Source: Squalus acanthias (taxonomy: Eukaryota). Taken from it: a stretch of 64,000 nt of DNA. Under the pieces are notes generated by a model that ran no database searches, was not told the DNA's origin, and saw only the letters and a list, made by a program, of their open reading frames with translations. The position numbers were made by a program, and so were the translations under genes. Below, one piece after another: positions 35,557 through 48,396 of the stretch (positions are counted from its first letter, which is position 1; every line of letters starts with the position of its first letter). The stretch spans positions 126,730,001-126,794,000 of the forward strand of contig CM059432.1 in the NCBI GenBank assembly GCA_030390025.1, read 5' to 3'.

Positions 35557-37410
35557 TAAGAACATAAGAAATAGGAGCAGAAGTAGACCATTCGGCCCCT
35601 CGAGCCTGCTTCGCCATTCAATATCATGGCTGATCTGATCTTGGCCTCAACTCCACTTTTCTGCCTGTTCCCCATAACCCTCGCCTCCCCGTAGTTCAAA
35701 AACCTGTCTGTCGCAGCCTTGAATATATTCAATGACTCAGCCTCCACAGCTCTCTGGGGTAGAGAATTCCAAAGATTCACGACCCTCAGAAGAAATTCCT
35801 CCTCATCTCCGTCTTAAATGGGCGACCCCTTATTCTGAAACCATGACCCCTAGTTCTAGATTCCCCCACGAGGGGAAACATCCTCTCAGCATCTACCCTG
35901 TCAAGCCCCCTCAGAATCTTTTTGTTTCAATAAGATCACCTCTCATTCTTCTAAAATCCAATGTGTATAGGCCCAACCTTTCCTCACAAGACAATCCCTT
36001 CATCCCAGGAATCAACCAAGTGAACCTTCTCTGAACTGCCTCCAATGCAAGTATATCCCGCCTTAAATAAGGAGACCAAAACTGTACGCAGTACTCTAGG
36101 TGTGGCCTCACCAACACCCTGTACAGTTGTAGCAAGACTTCCCTACTTTTACACTCCATTCCCCTTGCAATAAAGGCCAACATTCCATTTGCCTTCCTAA
36201 TTACTTGCTGTACCTGTATGCTCACTTTCTGTTTCATGTACGAGGACACCCAGATCCCTCTGTACCGCAGCATTCTGTAGTCTCTCTCCATTTAAATAAG
36301 TTTGCTTTTCTATTGTTCCTACCAAAGTGGATAACCTGACATTTTCCCACATTATACTCCATCTGCCAAATTTTTGCCCACTCATTTACCCTGTCTATAT
36401 CCCTTTGCAAACTCTAAGTCCTCCTCACAACTTGCTTTTCCACCTATCTTTGTATCGTCAGCAAATTTGGCTACAGTACTCAGTCCCTTCATCCAAGTCA
36501 TTAATATAGATTGTAAATAGTTGATACCTCAGCACTGATCCTTGTGGCACCCCACTAGTTACAGTTTGCCAACCGGAAAATTACCCATTTATCCCAACAC
36601 TTTGTTTTCTGTTAGTTAGCCAATCCTCCATCCATGCTAATATATTACCCCCAACACAATGAGCTCTTATCTTGTGCAGTAACCTTGTGGCACCTTATCG
36701 AATGCCTTTTGGAAATCCAAATACACTACATCTACTGGTTCCCCTTCATCCACCCTGCTCGTTACCTCCTCAAAAGAACTCTAATAAATTTGTCAAACAC
36801 AATTTCCCTTTCATAAAACCATGTTGACTCTGCTTGATTGCATTATGATTTTCTAAATGTCCTGCTACTACTTCCTTAATAATGGATCCAGCATTTTCCC
36901 AATAACAGATGTTAGGTTAACTGGCCTATAGTTTCCTGCTTTCTGTCTCCCTTCTTTCTTGAATAGGGGCGTTACATTTGCGGTTTTCCAATCCGCTGGG
37001 ACCTTTCCAGAGTCTAGGGAATTTTGGAAGATTACAACCAATGCATCCACTATCTCTGCAGCCACTTCTTTTAAGGCCCTAGGATGCAGGCCATCAGGTC
37101 CAGGCGACTTGTCAGCCTTCAGTCCCATTAGTTTGCCTAGTACTTATTCCTCTAGTGACAGCTTTAAATTCATCACTCGCTTTTGCACGTTGATTTTCCA
37201 CTATTAATGGATGCTTTTAGTGTCTACCATGAAGACAGATACAAAATATTTGTTCAAAGTCTCTGCCATTTCCTGGTTTCCTATTATTAATTCCCCAGTC
37301 TCATCCGCTAAGGGGCCAATGTTTACTTTAGCTACTCTCTTCCTTTTAATATAATTGTAGAAGCTCTTACTGTCTGTTTTTCTATTTCTTGCTAGTTTAC
37401 TCTCAATCTA
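35557..37410 (-). mobile_element. CR1 LINE 3' 1.85 kb, decayed RT
   Basis: KSPGPDGLHPR, NYRPVNLTS, RPHLEYCVQFWSP; very similar to 28665-30461. Confidence 0.94.
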
Positions 37411-37731
37411 TTTTAGAAATTGTCAACAGCGAAGACTGCCAAAAACAATATACTGCAGAGCATCTGGATATACCAGAATGCAAATTAAATATGCTTTTGT
37501 ACATGACAGTGATCATAAAGCAGCACAAAAATAAATCTCAATTAAGATATCCCATTAAATACCAGAGAGAAAATACACTTCCTGTAAATAGGATTGTTTG
37601 AACAAAAAGGTGCAGAGCAAATAGAAATCACCGCTCTCCCAAGTAGTCTATTTATATAGATAGTTAACTTTAAGCAGCAGCTGTTTAACATTTTGAATTT
37701 TAGTAATTTAACAGAATTATAATTAAATCAC

Positions 37732-37863
37732 CTGCTTCAGACCCTGCAGTAGCTGCAGTGACAACACTCCTGCGTCCACTGGCATTGTCCTGGTTGCTAT
37801 GGTTACTCTCACTGTCACTTTCAGTCTCTGCTGCCGCCAAGAGATCAAGCTCCATATCACTCC
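37732..37863 (-). CDS. UBR5: UBR5 exon, SDMELDLLAAAETESDSESNHSNQDNASGRRSVVTAATAGSEA
   Basis: 132 nt; acceptor tttag, donor GTGAT. Confidence 0.96.
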
Positions 37864-38265
37864 CTAAATGAGTCAAACAAAACAAAATTTCTCAATACAG
37901 ATCATGAGAACTTGAAATGAAGCACCACAACACAAAATGACAATTAGTTAACCCACGAATGATGATTTTTTTTTCTGGCCAATTTTCAACTATTATCCTT
38001 TTAAGTCCATTCAACATCATTGTGTGCATACACTGTGAATGCCAGCAGAAATTAGTCAAGTATGGAGGGTTAACAGGAAAGAATCTCACCCAGGCAAACC
38101 AAACATCCTAAGCAAACTTTCCAGCAGGGGTCACTGGATAGTACTAGAGAAGGAACCCTCACTAATTAGTAGCTAATATAATTTTATATGCCTTACAGCA
38201 CATAAATAATCAGTAGCAGGACTGGATATTTATAAATGATCGAACATAAAGCCCAAGTTCCATAC

Positions 38266-38377
38266 CATCATCATCATGTTCATCATGCTGCCCTTCAGCT
38301 TCGGTATTTTCTTCACCCTGTTCTTCTTGCTCATCGTGATGATCTTCCTCTCCAGCTACCCCCTCAACCACCTCAAC
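38266..38377 (-). CDS. UBR5: UBR5 acidic exon, VEVVEGVAGEEDHHDEQEEQGEENTEAEGQHDEHDDD
   Basis: 112 nt; acceptor ttgtag, donor GTATG. Confidence 0.95.
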
Positions 38378-38462
38378 CTACAACACAATGCATTATATGC
38401 AACAGTAAAATCTTGCAGGTAGATTAAGTAGCCATGAAAATCATCACAATCCTTCGAAGGAC

Positions 38463-38670
38463 AATCTTGCATTTATAGAGCACATTTCATGTTCCCAGCA
38501 CCTCCCAAAGTGCTGCACAGCTCGTGAATTATTATTATTTTTTTTTTTTTTTTTTAAGCGTAGTCACTACAATGTAGGAAAACAAAACAGCCAAGTTGCA
38601 CATAGCCAGATCACACAAACAGCAATTACATAATTCATCAGTTAACCTGTTGCTTTTGGAGCTGTTGGTT
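38463..38670 (-). mobile_element. DeuSINE 3' fragment
   Basis: cttgcatttatagagc...gtagtcact...cagccaagttgcacatagc...cacaaacagcaat, colinear with 22458-22640. Confidence 0.6.
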
Positions 38671-39989
38671 ACAGCAGTGTTGTCCATTTCATTAGCCAAA
38701 AGTCACAGGGGGCTAATTGCAAATCCAGTTGTGGCAAATTATGTCCAATTAGTAAATAAAAAATGAGTACTAGTTGCCATCGTTGGGCATGTGATCTCAA
38801 TAATCATTCGCACACCGTATGCATGTGTACTTCACAACCTTTTTGTGCATTTGTTGGCAAAGTGGCAAGACGAAAAGAGGAGCTTGCGAGTGTTTTTTGG
38901 TTGGTGTGCTTTACCTTCCTTGGTTACTGAATGGTGGTAAAAGGTTTACTAAATATACACGTGAAGTACTTTCTGTATTGAATGTGTGTACGCAAGGAGT
39001 TTTCTACTAAAATCAGTAGACTGATTTTAAAAAGTTGAAGATGGACTTTAAAAAAACCCAGTAATAACAAAAATGCAAAAAAAACCTCATTTCATTGCTC
39101 TTGCAGACAACTTAAGACAACTACAGAAGCTATTAAATAGCAGCAAATGCAGGGCTACTAAAACAGCAACAGATGTAACGGATTAGAATTTTACAAAAAC
39201 TTTAATCTATTAATAACTCCAAATACAGGATATAGATAGATTGAGGTAAGAAATTTTGCAAAGACAGCCCTAAAAACAGTTATCTACATCCATCAAATGT
39301 GTGTGTCTAGGCTTTTACAAGAAATTAAGATGTGATGTTTTTAGTACCCCACCCACTGTTACTGTCATTTAACATCTAACTTGAGCAGTTTCTCACTTAT
39401 GATGCCTGCCACTCGCAATAACACTAAAACATGGAGTTTTACTTCACCTTGTTATTTTGACTTTTTACTCCCCCTTTTCAAATAATTTTGCAGCTCATGG
39501 TATGTGATTTATCTTTCCACCTTGAACAATACCCTCAACGAGTAATCTTTAGGAATTATGGGTAAAGAGGTATTCAGAAATAAAACAGCTTATAATTCAC
39601 TTCCCAAAATATGTTTTCTATTACCTAAACTAACAATAAAGTTTCCCAATTAGGAATGAGTTACTCATTTAATGTATAATTTGAAAATAAGACATCACTT
39701 ACAGGACCAATTGTTTCCAGCTCCTAGTGAGCCTGAAAACTAATGAGAAATCTCATAGATCTCAGTAGGTTTTAAGGTGGTTATTTCAGTTGTCATAGTA
39801 CAGATATCAGATACTGTGAGGCCCATAGAGTAATCAGAGGAACAAGCAGGTTGTGACTGTAGATGAGTTCATAGAGCATTGTAAGGCTTAGGGTAATCCC
39901 AATTACATTGGTCTCATCAATTATCATAATACTTTTGATCATGGCTATATCGTGGGTTCTCTCTCCACAGGTACTGTCCCCCCACCCGC

Positions 39990-41405
39990 CTTCAAATCTG
40001 CTGGCCTCACCCCTCTCAAAAAACCAACACCTGACCTTGCAAACAACCATCTCCAACCTCCCTTTCCTCTCCAACGTCCTTGAACATGCGGTTGCATCCC
40101 AAATCCGTGCCCATCTTTTCCGGAATTGCATGTTTGAATCCCTCCAATTAGGTTTCCGCCCCTGCTATAGTACCGAAACAGCTCTTACCAAAGTCACAAA
40201 TGCCATCCTGTGACTAATGGTGGTAAACTATCCCTCCTCGTCCTTCTTTACATGTCTGCAGCCTTTGACATGGTTGACCACTCCATCCTCCTCCAATGCC
40301 TCTCCACCGTCATCCAGCTGGGTAGGACTGGTTCCATTCTTATCTATCCAGTGGTAACCAGCGAATCACCTACAATGGCTTCTCTACCCGCTCATGCACC
40401 AATAACTCTGATGTCCCCCAAGGATCTATCCTTGCCCCCTCCTATTTCTCATCTACATGCTGCCTCTCGGCGACAGCATCCAAAAACAGCATCAGTTTCC
40501 ACATGTAAGCTGACGACGCCCAGCGCTACCTCACCACCGCCTTTCTCGACTGCTCTATTGTCTCTAAATTGGCAGACTGCTTGTTCGACATCCAGGACTG
40601 GATGAGCAGAAATTTCATCCAACTAAATATTGGAAAAACTGAAGTCTGTCCCCGCCATAAACTCTGCTCCTTAGCCACTGAATTGATCCCTCTTCCTGGC
40701 AACTGCCTGAGGCTGAACTAGACTGTTCGCAACCTTGCTGTCATATTTGACCCCGAAATAAGCTTCCGACCACATAGCTGCGCCATAACTAAAAGACCAC
40801 CTATTTCCACCTCCGTAACATCACCCGACTGGCCCCTGCCTCACCTTATCTGTTGCTGAAACCCTCATTCATGCCCTTGTTACCTCTAGACTTGACTATT
40901 CCAACGCACGCCTTGCCTGCCTCCCACGTTCTACCCTCCGTAAGTTGGAAGTCATCCAAAACTCTGCTGACTGTGCCCTAACTCGCTGACCTACATTGGC
41001 TCCTGGTTAGGCAACGCCTCGATTTTAAAATTCTCATCCTCGTTTTCAAATCCTTCCATGGCCTCGCCCCTTCCTATCTCTAATCTCCTCCAGCCCTACA
41101 ACCCTCCGAGATATCTGCGCTCCTCCAATTCTGGCCTCTTGAGCATCCCCAACTTTAATCGCTCCACCATTGGCGGCCGTGCCTTCAGCTGCCAAGGCCC
41201 AAGTTCTGGAATTCCCTCCATAAACCTCTCTGCCTCTCCTTCCCCCCTTTAAGACGCTCCTGAAAATCTACTTTTTGGACCACACTGTTGGTCATCTTTG
41301 CTAATAGCTCATGTGGTTCGGTGTCAATGTTTGTTTGATAACGCTTCTGTGAAGTGCCTTGAGAAGTTTTACTACGTTAAAGGCGCTATATAAATACAAA
41401 TTGTT
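39990..41405 (+). mobile_element. L2-clade LINE fragment (RT to 3' end), decayed
   Basis: ISNLPFLSNVLE, GFRPCYSTETALTKVTN, SAAFDMVDH; L2 tail at about 41400. Confidence 0.92.
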
Positions 41406-41504
41406 TTTGGGTTTTATCCAGGATATGCTCTCCAGTTCCAAGAACGGTGTGCAGGTAGATTAGAAACTCCCAGAACCCCCCCCCCACCCTCTCTCTCTCT
41501 CTCA

Positions 41505-41730
41505 ACAGTAAGGCGAGGATGTCCATTCTCACCCACCCTATTTGAAGTCTACATCAAAAACATGTTGAATGATATGGCAAGGGACAAATTCAAGAGTGTC
41601 TGTTTGGGGAATTTTGCATATCTCTTAGTATCTTGGTTTGGAGACTCAAACATGATGGCTTATGTGCTCAACAGGCATCTGAATAAAAAAGTGAAAGAGA
41701 TGGCACTGCAAATAAAAAGATAATTAAAAA
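41505..41730 (+). mobile_element. Old non-LTR RT fragment
   Basis: Translates VRRGCPFSPTLFEVYIKNML, matching the QGCP.SP.LF motif. Confidence 0.5.
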
Positions 41731-41803
41731 TCTGCAACACTTGGTAGAGCTCAACTTTGAGGGAGTAAGAATCTATGGTAAACTATGTACCAAATAGGCT
41801 TAC

Positions 41804-41927
41804 CTCTTCCACATCTGCTGTCACAATGTCATCTTGCTCCTCATCTCTGCCACGAACAGGTTGTGACTGACTGATGCGTCTTTGTTGAGGATTGCGAATG
41901 ATGTACGAAGACTGTGACTGGCTGGAA
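41804..41927 (-). CDS. UBR5: UBR5 exon, SSQSQSSYIIRNPQQRRISQSQPVRGRDEEQDDIVTADVEE
   Basis: 124 nt; acceptor ttgcag, donor GTAAG. Confidence 0.95.
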
Positions 41928-42036
41928 CTGCAACAAATGGTGAATTACTAGAACACAAGTTCTTCGCCCTACAGCTGAATCATTTTGTTGAAAAATCATT
42001 GGCTCAGCAGACACAAAATGACAGTTGTAAAGTTAC

Positions 42037-42276
42037 CTGCTGGATTGATCAGAGGACTGCCTCGGAGGAAGCGGCTCGACAGAGAACAGTTCTTCACTGC
42101 CTTGCATAGCATCTAGACTGGTGCTTGCCAACGTAAAGGGAGCTGTTGGACGTGCAATTCCCATTCTAACAGGAACAATGAGGGATTCTGCTACATTACA
42201 GAGTTCCTCTACAGCGTAGGGCAACAGAGCCTGGAATACCCGCTTGCATTTGCCAATTGGTTGAGGTACAAAATTG
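42037..42276 (-). CDS. UBR5: UBR5 exon, NFVPQPIGKCKRVFQALLPYAVEELC...PPRQSSDQSS
   Basis: 240 nt; acceptor ttgtag, donor GTAAC. Confidence 0.96.
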
Positions 42277-42777
42277 CTACAAAAGAATGGGAAACAATCG
42301 TTGAAATGGCATAGATGTATTAGGTAGTGTAAACCCTTCAGTAAACTTGGGTGCAAGGACAATCCAAACAGGTAGTTAAATTTTCTCAGAAACACTCAAG
42401 ATTTTATCGCAAATTTAACACTACTGCGACACCACCTGCAAGCACAACTAAAGTCTTTCACACAAATGAATAACCCAGAAAAGGGACATATACTGTTTAT
42501 TCTATCTAGATAAAATTGTTAGCTTAACAAAATATTAATGTACAAGTTAGCAGTAAATTGGACGGTTATTTGGAAGCAGCCAAGAGTGAAGGAAATAAAC
42601 CTTTTAGTTCAGCAGGTTTAATATTACAGTTTTTATCTGCAACACAAATTTAACTAGCCCAAAGTTCTAGAAACATTGTTTTTGAGTGTATCGGTAGATC
42701 AGAAGATGCATAATTTCTTCAAGCTACAAGATACATGAAAAGGTTGTCACTATTTCTGTATATAAACGTTTACTTAC

Positions 42778-42938
42778 TTTTTTTTCTTGGATGAAGCCAT
42801 TTCTACACTAAGTATGACAAACACTCTCGCTACTGAGCGTAGAAATCTCATGGTGACGGTGATGGCTTCTTCTCGTCGCCCTGGAGTATATTTATTCTGT
42901 AGCTCCTTCACCAGTGTTCCAAGTAAAGTATCCAAAAG
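42778..42938 (-). CDS. UBR5: UBR5 exon, [25 protein letters not shown]...EMASSKKK
   Basis: 161 nt; acceptor tttgaag, donor GTAAG. Confidence 0.95.
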
Positions 42939-43291
42939 CTTCAAAATATTTTTAAAAAGATTAAGTACATTATAAAGTCGGTTTACACTTTTTTGATACA
43001 CACTTGAAAGCTCCATGAAGGGAAAGCAAAAAAAAGAGATTTGTCTGCTGAAAAGGTGACATTTAGCAGAATTTGATACAGCAAAGCAGTTTACATCATC
43101 CAGGAATGCCCTCATCAAAAATATAGTATCCATTTCCACCCCAATAAACATGTGGCACAAAGTTAATTGAGCTAATCTTCAGTGAATGCTATTGCATTGT
43201 CCCTCTGAAATTAACCTACGAGACATTAAAGAGCTAGTTACCTGCCTTGTGCAAAAATACTGAACTACTAGATCTTCAAAAGGGTACTTAC

Positions 43292-43421
43292 TAAAATGTC
43301 AGCAGTACACTTTACAATGAGACAGTGTGTGAAGCAGTCCAGTCGAATTGTGCCACTTTGTTGAGAAAGGTACACCTGCTCTTCTGGTAGCAGATGAGCT
43401 ATCCTACTGCTTGCACTAAGC
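43292..43421 (-). CDS. UBR5: UBR5 exon, LSASSRIAHLLPEEQVYL...CLIVKCTADIL
   Basis: 130 nt; acceptor ttttag, donor GTAAG. Confidence 0.96.
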
Positions 43422-43506
43422 CTAAAAAAGTGTAAAAGAGAATTTGTTTTTTTCTTTGTTTTCACACTGTATACAATGCACTAAATAGTGACTTGCATCT
43501 ACTTAC

Positions 43507-43633
43507 GGGTCCTTGCTTTCCTGCGAACCAAACATTATCATAGATTTCAGCGCATTCCAGTCCTGAAGGACACGCTCCAAAGCCAACTGAGCAAATCTAG
43601 GAGGCTCCAAGTCATGATCAGGCATATCAGAAT
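43507..43633 (-). CDS. UBR5: UBR5 exon, SDMPDHDLEPPRFAQLALERVLQDWNALKSMIMFGSQESKD
   Basis: 127 nt; acceptor cacag, donor GTAAG. Confidence 0.96.
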
Positions 43634-43984
43634 CTGTGAGTGAGTAGAGTAAAAGAAATGTAATAGACTTCACATTGCTATTAGTATACACATCCACTCA
43701 ACCAATTAAAAAAAAAATCCTACCACAGTGAAATGACCAATACCTGAAGACAGCATTTATCCTTACAATGTACTCCAAAGCATGGCAACCACTGTAAGGG
43801 CAATGATATCCTAACCACTCTAGCTAGTCACAAAGTTTTAGTGGTGGTTGATACAAGACAACATTTTTACTTGAATACTGTACAGGCACCACAGATTAAT
43901 ATACACAAGACTAACATCTGGTGAGAGGTGAGAAGCCCATGCAACACAATTCCCCCTCCAAACCTCAGTCTTTCCACCTCCCAC

Positions 43985-44130
43985 TCCTTCTTTAAGACCT
44001 TTCCCCAAGCCCGCCACCCCCTTTAAAATCCACCTCTGAGCAAGTATTTGGTCACACTTCTTAATATCTCACACTTTGGCTCGGCATCCATTTTTATCGG
44101 ATTATGCATCTAAAGTGCCTTGGGACATTT
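43985..44130 (+). mobile_element. Degenerate L2 3' tail
   Basis: ctttaagacc...tttggtcac...tggctcggc...gtgccttgggacattt. Confidence 0.55.
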
Positions 44131-45183
44131 GAGCCCATTTGCCAATTTTTCTTGCAGAACTACAAGTGGTGGCCAGCTAAGAACCTGCTTTCTGAAAATT
44201 GATCTTCCAGTAGCTAGAGGCATCCAACTAGCCAACTGGGTGGTATACTGCACCATTTAATAAGATAGGATGTTGGATTCTGTAGGCACAACATTAACAT
44301 GGACCTTGAAACAGGTCACCTGCTTGCAAGGAAATGATAATTGGAATGCGGAGATGCAACGAGAGTATAAAATTTGAAACGAGGCAAAAACATTTAATTT
44401 GAGAGATTAGAAATAAATGTTCTTGCTCCATTCTCTAGCTCTATTGCTCACACTGATAGTTCAGAATAGAAAATCCAACAGGAGTAGAAAAAGCATAACC
44501 AAAGCTTTAGAAGGCAGCTGAAAATTGAGAGTGAAGGGTATTCAATGGTTACTTATGTTGCAAACAATTTGGTCATTTGTTGACAATTAGAAGTTGTTTA
44601 TACTGCTAGGTTATATCAGCCAGTACTGGATTAACTAGTCAGCAATATCTACCAAATGAGAATAAAGGAATATTGGTCCTAGCTACATTAATGGAGGTAC
44701 TCACCGATTAGTTTCCACCAAATTTTAATAGCTTCAAAAAGTAGAAATAATTTCTCTAAATAGTGTGTGTAAAATGTTGAGCAGTGCAAAGTGTAATAGG
44801 GAAGAATAATTCACACTGAAAGAGCTCTTCCTCCTTTAACTTTGTAAATACAGCAGAAAGTTTGACGCCCCCCGCGTTCTTTTTGTTTCTCTCCATCCCC
44901 CCACCCTATGACGACAAGCTCTAGAAATATGAACAGGATTAGTTTTCACCAAATTTTCAAATGGGATCTGGAATAAACATATCCACAAATCATAATTGTG
45001 GAAAAATTCCTCAATCTGTCCACTAGATTTTTAATTGACTAACTTTTAACTTACTACACATTATATAATCTTGGTCATTTTACATGCAGTACAAACAGCT
45101 CTCAAAGCACCGGGGACATACTGCAGAAATTTCACACATTTATACTTTAATTCTAGAAGAAGCGGTCCACAAATTGTACAAAC

Positions 45184-45302
45184 CTTCAACATTTGCAGTC
45201 TTGCGGTTTCTATCCTCTCTTATCCGTGGTGGCCGATACTGGCAGTGCTCCACAGTTTGCCGAGCAACTGTCTGCACTAAAAAGAGCAGCAAATGTTCAC
45301 CC
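45184..45302 (-). CDS. UBR5: UBR5 exon, GEHLLLFLVQTVARQTVEHCQYRPPRIREDRNRKTANVE
   Basis: 119 nt; acceptor tttcag, donor GTTTG. Confidence 0.95.
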
Positions 45303-46458
45303 CTGAAAAGGTTTAAACATTTCGATGAAAATTTGTAAATTGTAGAATGGACTTGCATGTGTTGTGGCAGAAATCTTTTAGTGCACCAATTTGGAAAAAT
45401 TGGTGACAAAGTAATATTGTGGCAGCTTTCATAAGCGGAAGGGTTGGAGAGTTAGTTCTACTTTTTTTTTTATAATTTCTTTTTTTGCATTTATGCCCTT
45501 TTCAGCCCAAATCTAGTTTATCTTTAATCCCTACCTCTCATTCATGTTCGACAAAACTAATTTTTAAAGACTTTGAGTACTCTCTCCACGACTATGGCAC
45601 ACATAATTTTTCTGTGTTTAAAGGAACTATATTCGTGAGATTTACTACTCTAAGTCAGCTTCTCGTAATTCTGTGCCCTTCAAACCAGTAGCAATTGTAC
45701 TTCAGAATGATTTCATTGGGACTGGAATTTTGATAGTTATTGAGCTGCTAGCAGCTATATTAGAGTGGACCAATGGCTCCACAGAGGTCAAAGACTCAGT
45801 TTTGTTACTAGAACCTGTGCGAGTTCCAGAGGACCCAGATACATTTCCCCCCCAAGCCAAATAAAATAGGGCCTGGCTGGTGCTAACCACTTCAACTGCA
45901 TTTGGGACCTGTCCCCTGCTGCGCATGATGCTATAGTTCTCAGAGGAAATAGAACTAGCGATCCATGTGGAACATCAAGGGAGGGTATTCTTGCCATAAG
46001 AATTATCTTCCAGCAAACCAGTCATCATAATAGAGCCTTATTCTGAGCTTCACAATTTTGGACGTCGTGCAAAGGTTTGCAAAACCAAATAAACATTAAA
46101 TACTGGGCAAGTTCATGACATAAGTTTAAAACAAGAAGCCAGAGTTAAAGGTGATTTAACCAGAAAAGATAATTATGAGGTTAGATCTTAGCTGACCAAT
46201 ACAGAAATGTAAAACACATGATTCGCGCAAAGTTGTATCTTCGATACCTCAGATGATTCCAATTTCGTCAAACACAAATCCTAATTTTTTTTTTCTGCAC
46301 TCACTATGATGCAAGCTCAATTTAACAAATTCTAGGTGGTTAGTATATAAAATTAGTATCATGCAAAAAACTCTGAAATATATTTGTCAATAATAGAACT
46401 GGATTTCTGCCACCTGGTTTAGATCTATTTGTATAGCTTCTTCATTCTAAATACTTGC

Positions 46459-46605
46459 CTGCTATTCGGCAAAGTCACGAGATTGGTTGTAGTAAGGAGT
46501 CTGTAGAGTAAATCAAGACGTGCAGACTTCTGTCCTGCAATCAATGTTTTACACTTGCACTTCTCCCAGCAGTCACAATATGCAGTAGGGGATGTCCTTT
46601 TCAGC
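46459..46605 (-). CDS. UBR5: UBR5 exon, end of UBR-box, [19 protein letters not shown]...LVTLPNS; GC donor
   Basis: 147 nt; acceptor ttcag, donor AG|GCAAGT; phase fits the next exon (AG+G = Arg). Confidence 0.94.
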
Positions 46606-47190
46606 CTGAAGATAGAGTTCCACATAACAAATTTATAGAATTTTACATTTCCGAGTGATTCAGAATCCGAGAAAAGCACTAAACCGGTGGTACAAATGAT
46701 CAATTTGAAAGAAGTTGGTTAGCCAGATCTGCAGATACTGTAGCCAAAGACAGAAAGGTTAGCAGTGGCATAGGAGCAAAACTGAAGCACCAATATGCAG
46801 CATCACTGGATAATATACAGATCCATGTCCATGATTTCCCACATGGTAAGATGTTGATCTTGGCCATGTTAGAGATTGAAAATTACAGGCAGGTCAGCAC
46901 ATCTCAGCTCAAACTGCTCATGTGTCTCCCATGTAGCTGGTTACATAGTATTCCTGAGAGACACATGGCAGCAGATTACCCACCTGCTCACATAGTTGGG
47001 GTGATACTTGGGAGATTAAGAAGGGAGAAAAGGTAGTTAGCTTAATAAAGTGCGTAAGTAATTGTTCTCAACATATGATTTGCTTTCAAAACAGTTTTTA
47101 GTATCTTTAAAAGAGTACAAGTATTTAAACAATTTCTTTGGTTTCACTCAATGCTACATTTAGGCAATTTAAAACTGTACAGTTACTCAC

Positions 47191-47282
47191 TTGCAGTCAT
47201 GCCCTTTGTGACACACTCTTGCACACTCTGTACAGCAGCAGAGAGACTCCAGCAATCCACATGTCCGACATTCAAATATATC
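47191..47282 (-). CDS. UBR5: UBR5 exon, UBR-box zinc finger, [30 protein letters not shown]
   Basis: 92 nt; acceptor cgtag, donor GTGAG; UBR-box Cys/His pattern. Confidence 0.97.
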
Positions 47283-47431
47283 CTACGCAAAATTTAGCAT
47301 AACACGTCAGTACATACCATTTATACCACGTGATATTCAGAATATACCTATGCTATATTATTTTATTAAGAAACTTAGGCCCTTAGTACAGGATACTGCC
47401 AAAGGTAAAGACAGTACAACAGAAGACAAAC

Positions 47432-47750
47432 GACAGCAACTTGCATTATATAGAGCCTTTAACGTAGTAAGCCGTCCCAAGGCTCGTCACAGGAGCATGA
47501 TCAGACAAAAACTGCCTGCGCCAAAGGAGGAAACAATTAGGACAGGTGACCAGACGCTTGGTCAAAGGGGTAGGTTTTAAGCCAAGTCTTCAGGAGGAGA
47601 GAGGGGCGGAGAGGTAAAGAATTTTGGGGAGGGAATTCCAGCACTTAGGGCCTAGACGGCTGAAGGCACAGTCGCCAATGTTGGTGAAGGAAGTGGGGGT
47701 GCACAAGAGGCCACAGTTTGAGGAATGTAGAGTTCTCGGAGGGCTGTCGG
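47432..47750 (-). mobile_element. L2 3' end
   Basis: caacttgcattatatagagcctttaacgtag...gcttggtcaaag...gggagggaattccag. Confidence 0.8.
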
Positions 47751-48250
47751 GCCAAGACAAGATAAATCAAGCAGCAACGGCTAAGTGAAGCTAAGGCTGT
47801 AGATTGTCAGGGTAAAGGAAAGAATGAGTTAGAGAGTATACAGGTGTATTTATACAAGCATATTTGATTTTCAAATTATTTAGTAAAGCCAACCATCTAT
47901 ATTTCCATAGTTCAACTTCCATATATAAATATACAGTATTACCCAAACAGGGGAAACCAATGCAGCACGGTCATTGGGAATTTGGTACTTGGAAGTACAT
48001 GATCTTCCCCAACTCCAAAACCCCAACTACAGAATATCTGTTCATTTGTTTATGGAATTTGAACTAATGAAGACAACAGTGTGACAAAAAATAGTGTGGA
48101 TTATCCTGGACTTGATTGAACAACAGAAATAAAACTACATACACAAAGTATGTCGGGCTTATTTAACCATTGACTGCCAGTCTAAGTCGTTTGAACTCTG
48201 ATTTCAACTAGCTGTATTCACATAAAATTAAGTTTGTCTGTTCCAAGTAC

Positions 48251-48396
48251 CTGGTTAATGTGCTCTGCTCCAGTCCAGGTAAAACTGCAAGTATCATTGC
48301 AGCACAAAACATACAATGGAGAGTCATCCGGATTAGTACCAGGTGGACAAATCATGCTCATAAACACATCCTCTTCCTTTTCACCCGAGACATCGC
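48251..48396 (-). CDS. UBR5: UBR5 exon, start of UBR-box, ...[26 protein letters not shown]
   Basis: 146 nt; acceptor ctctcag, donor GTACT. Confidence 0.96.
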
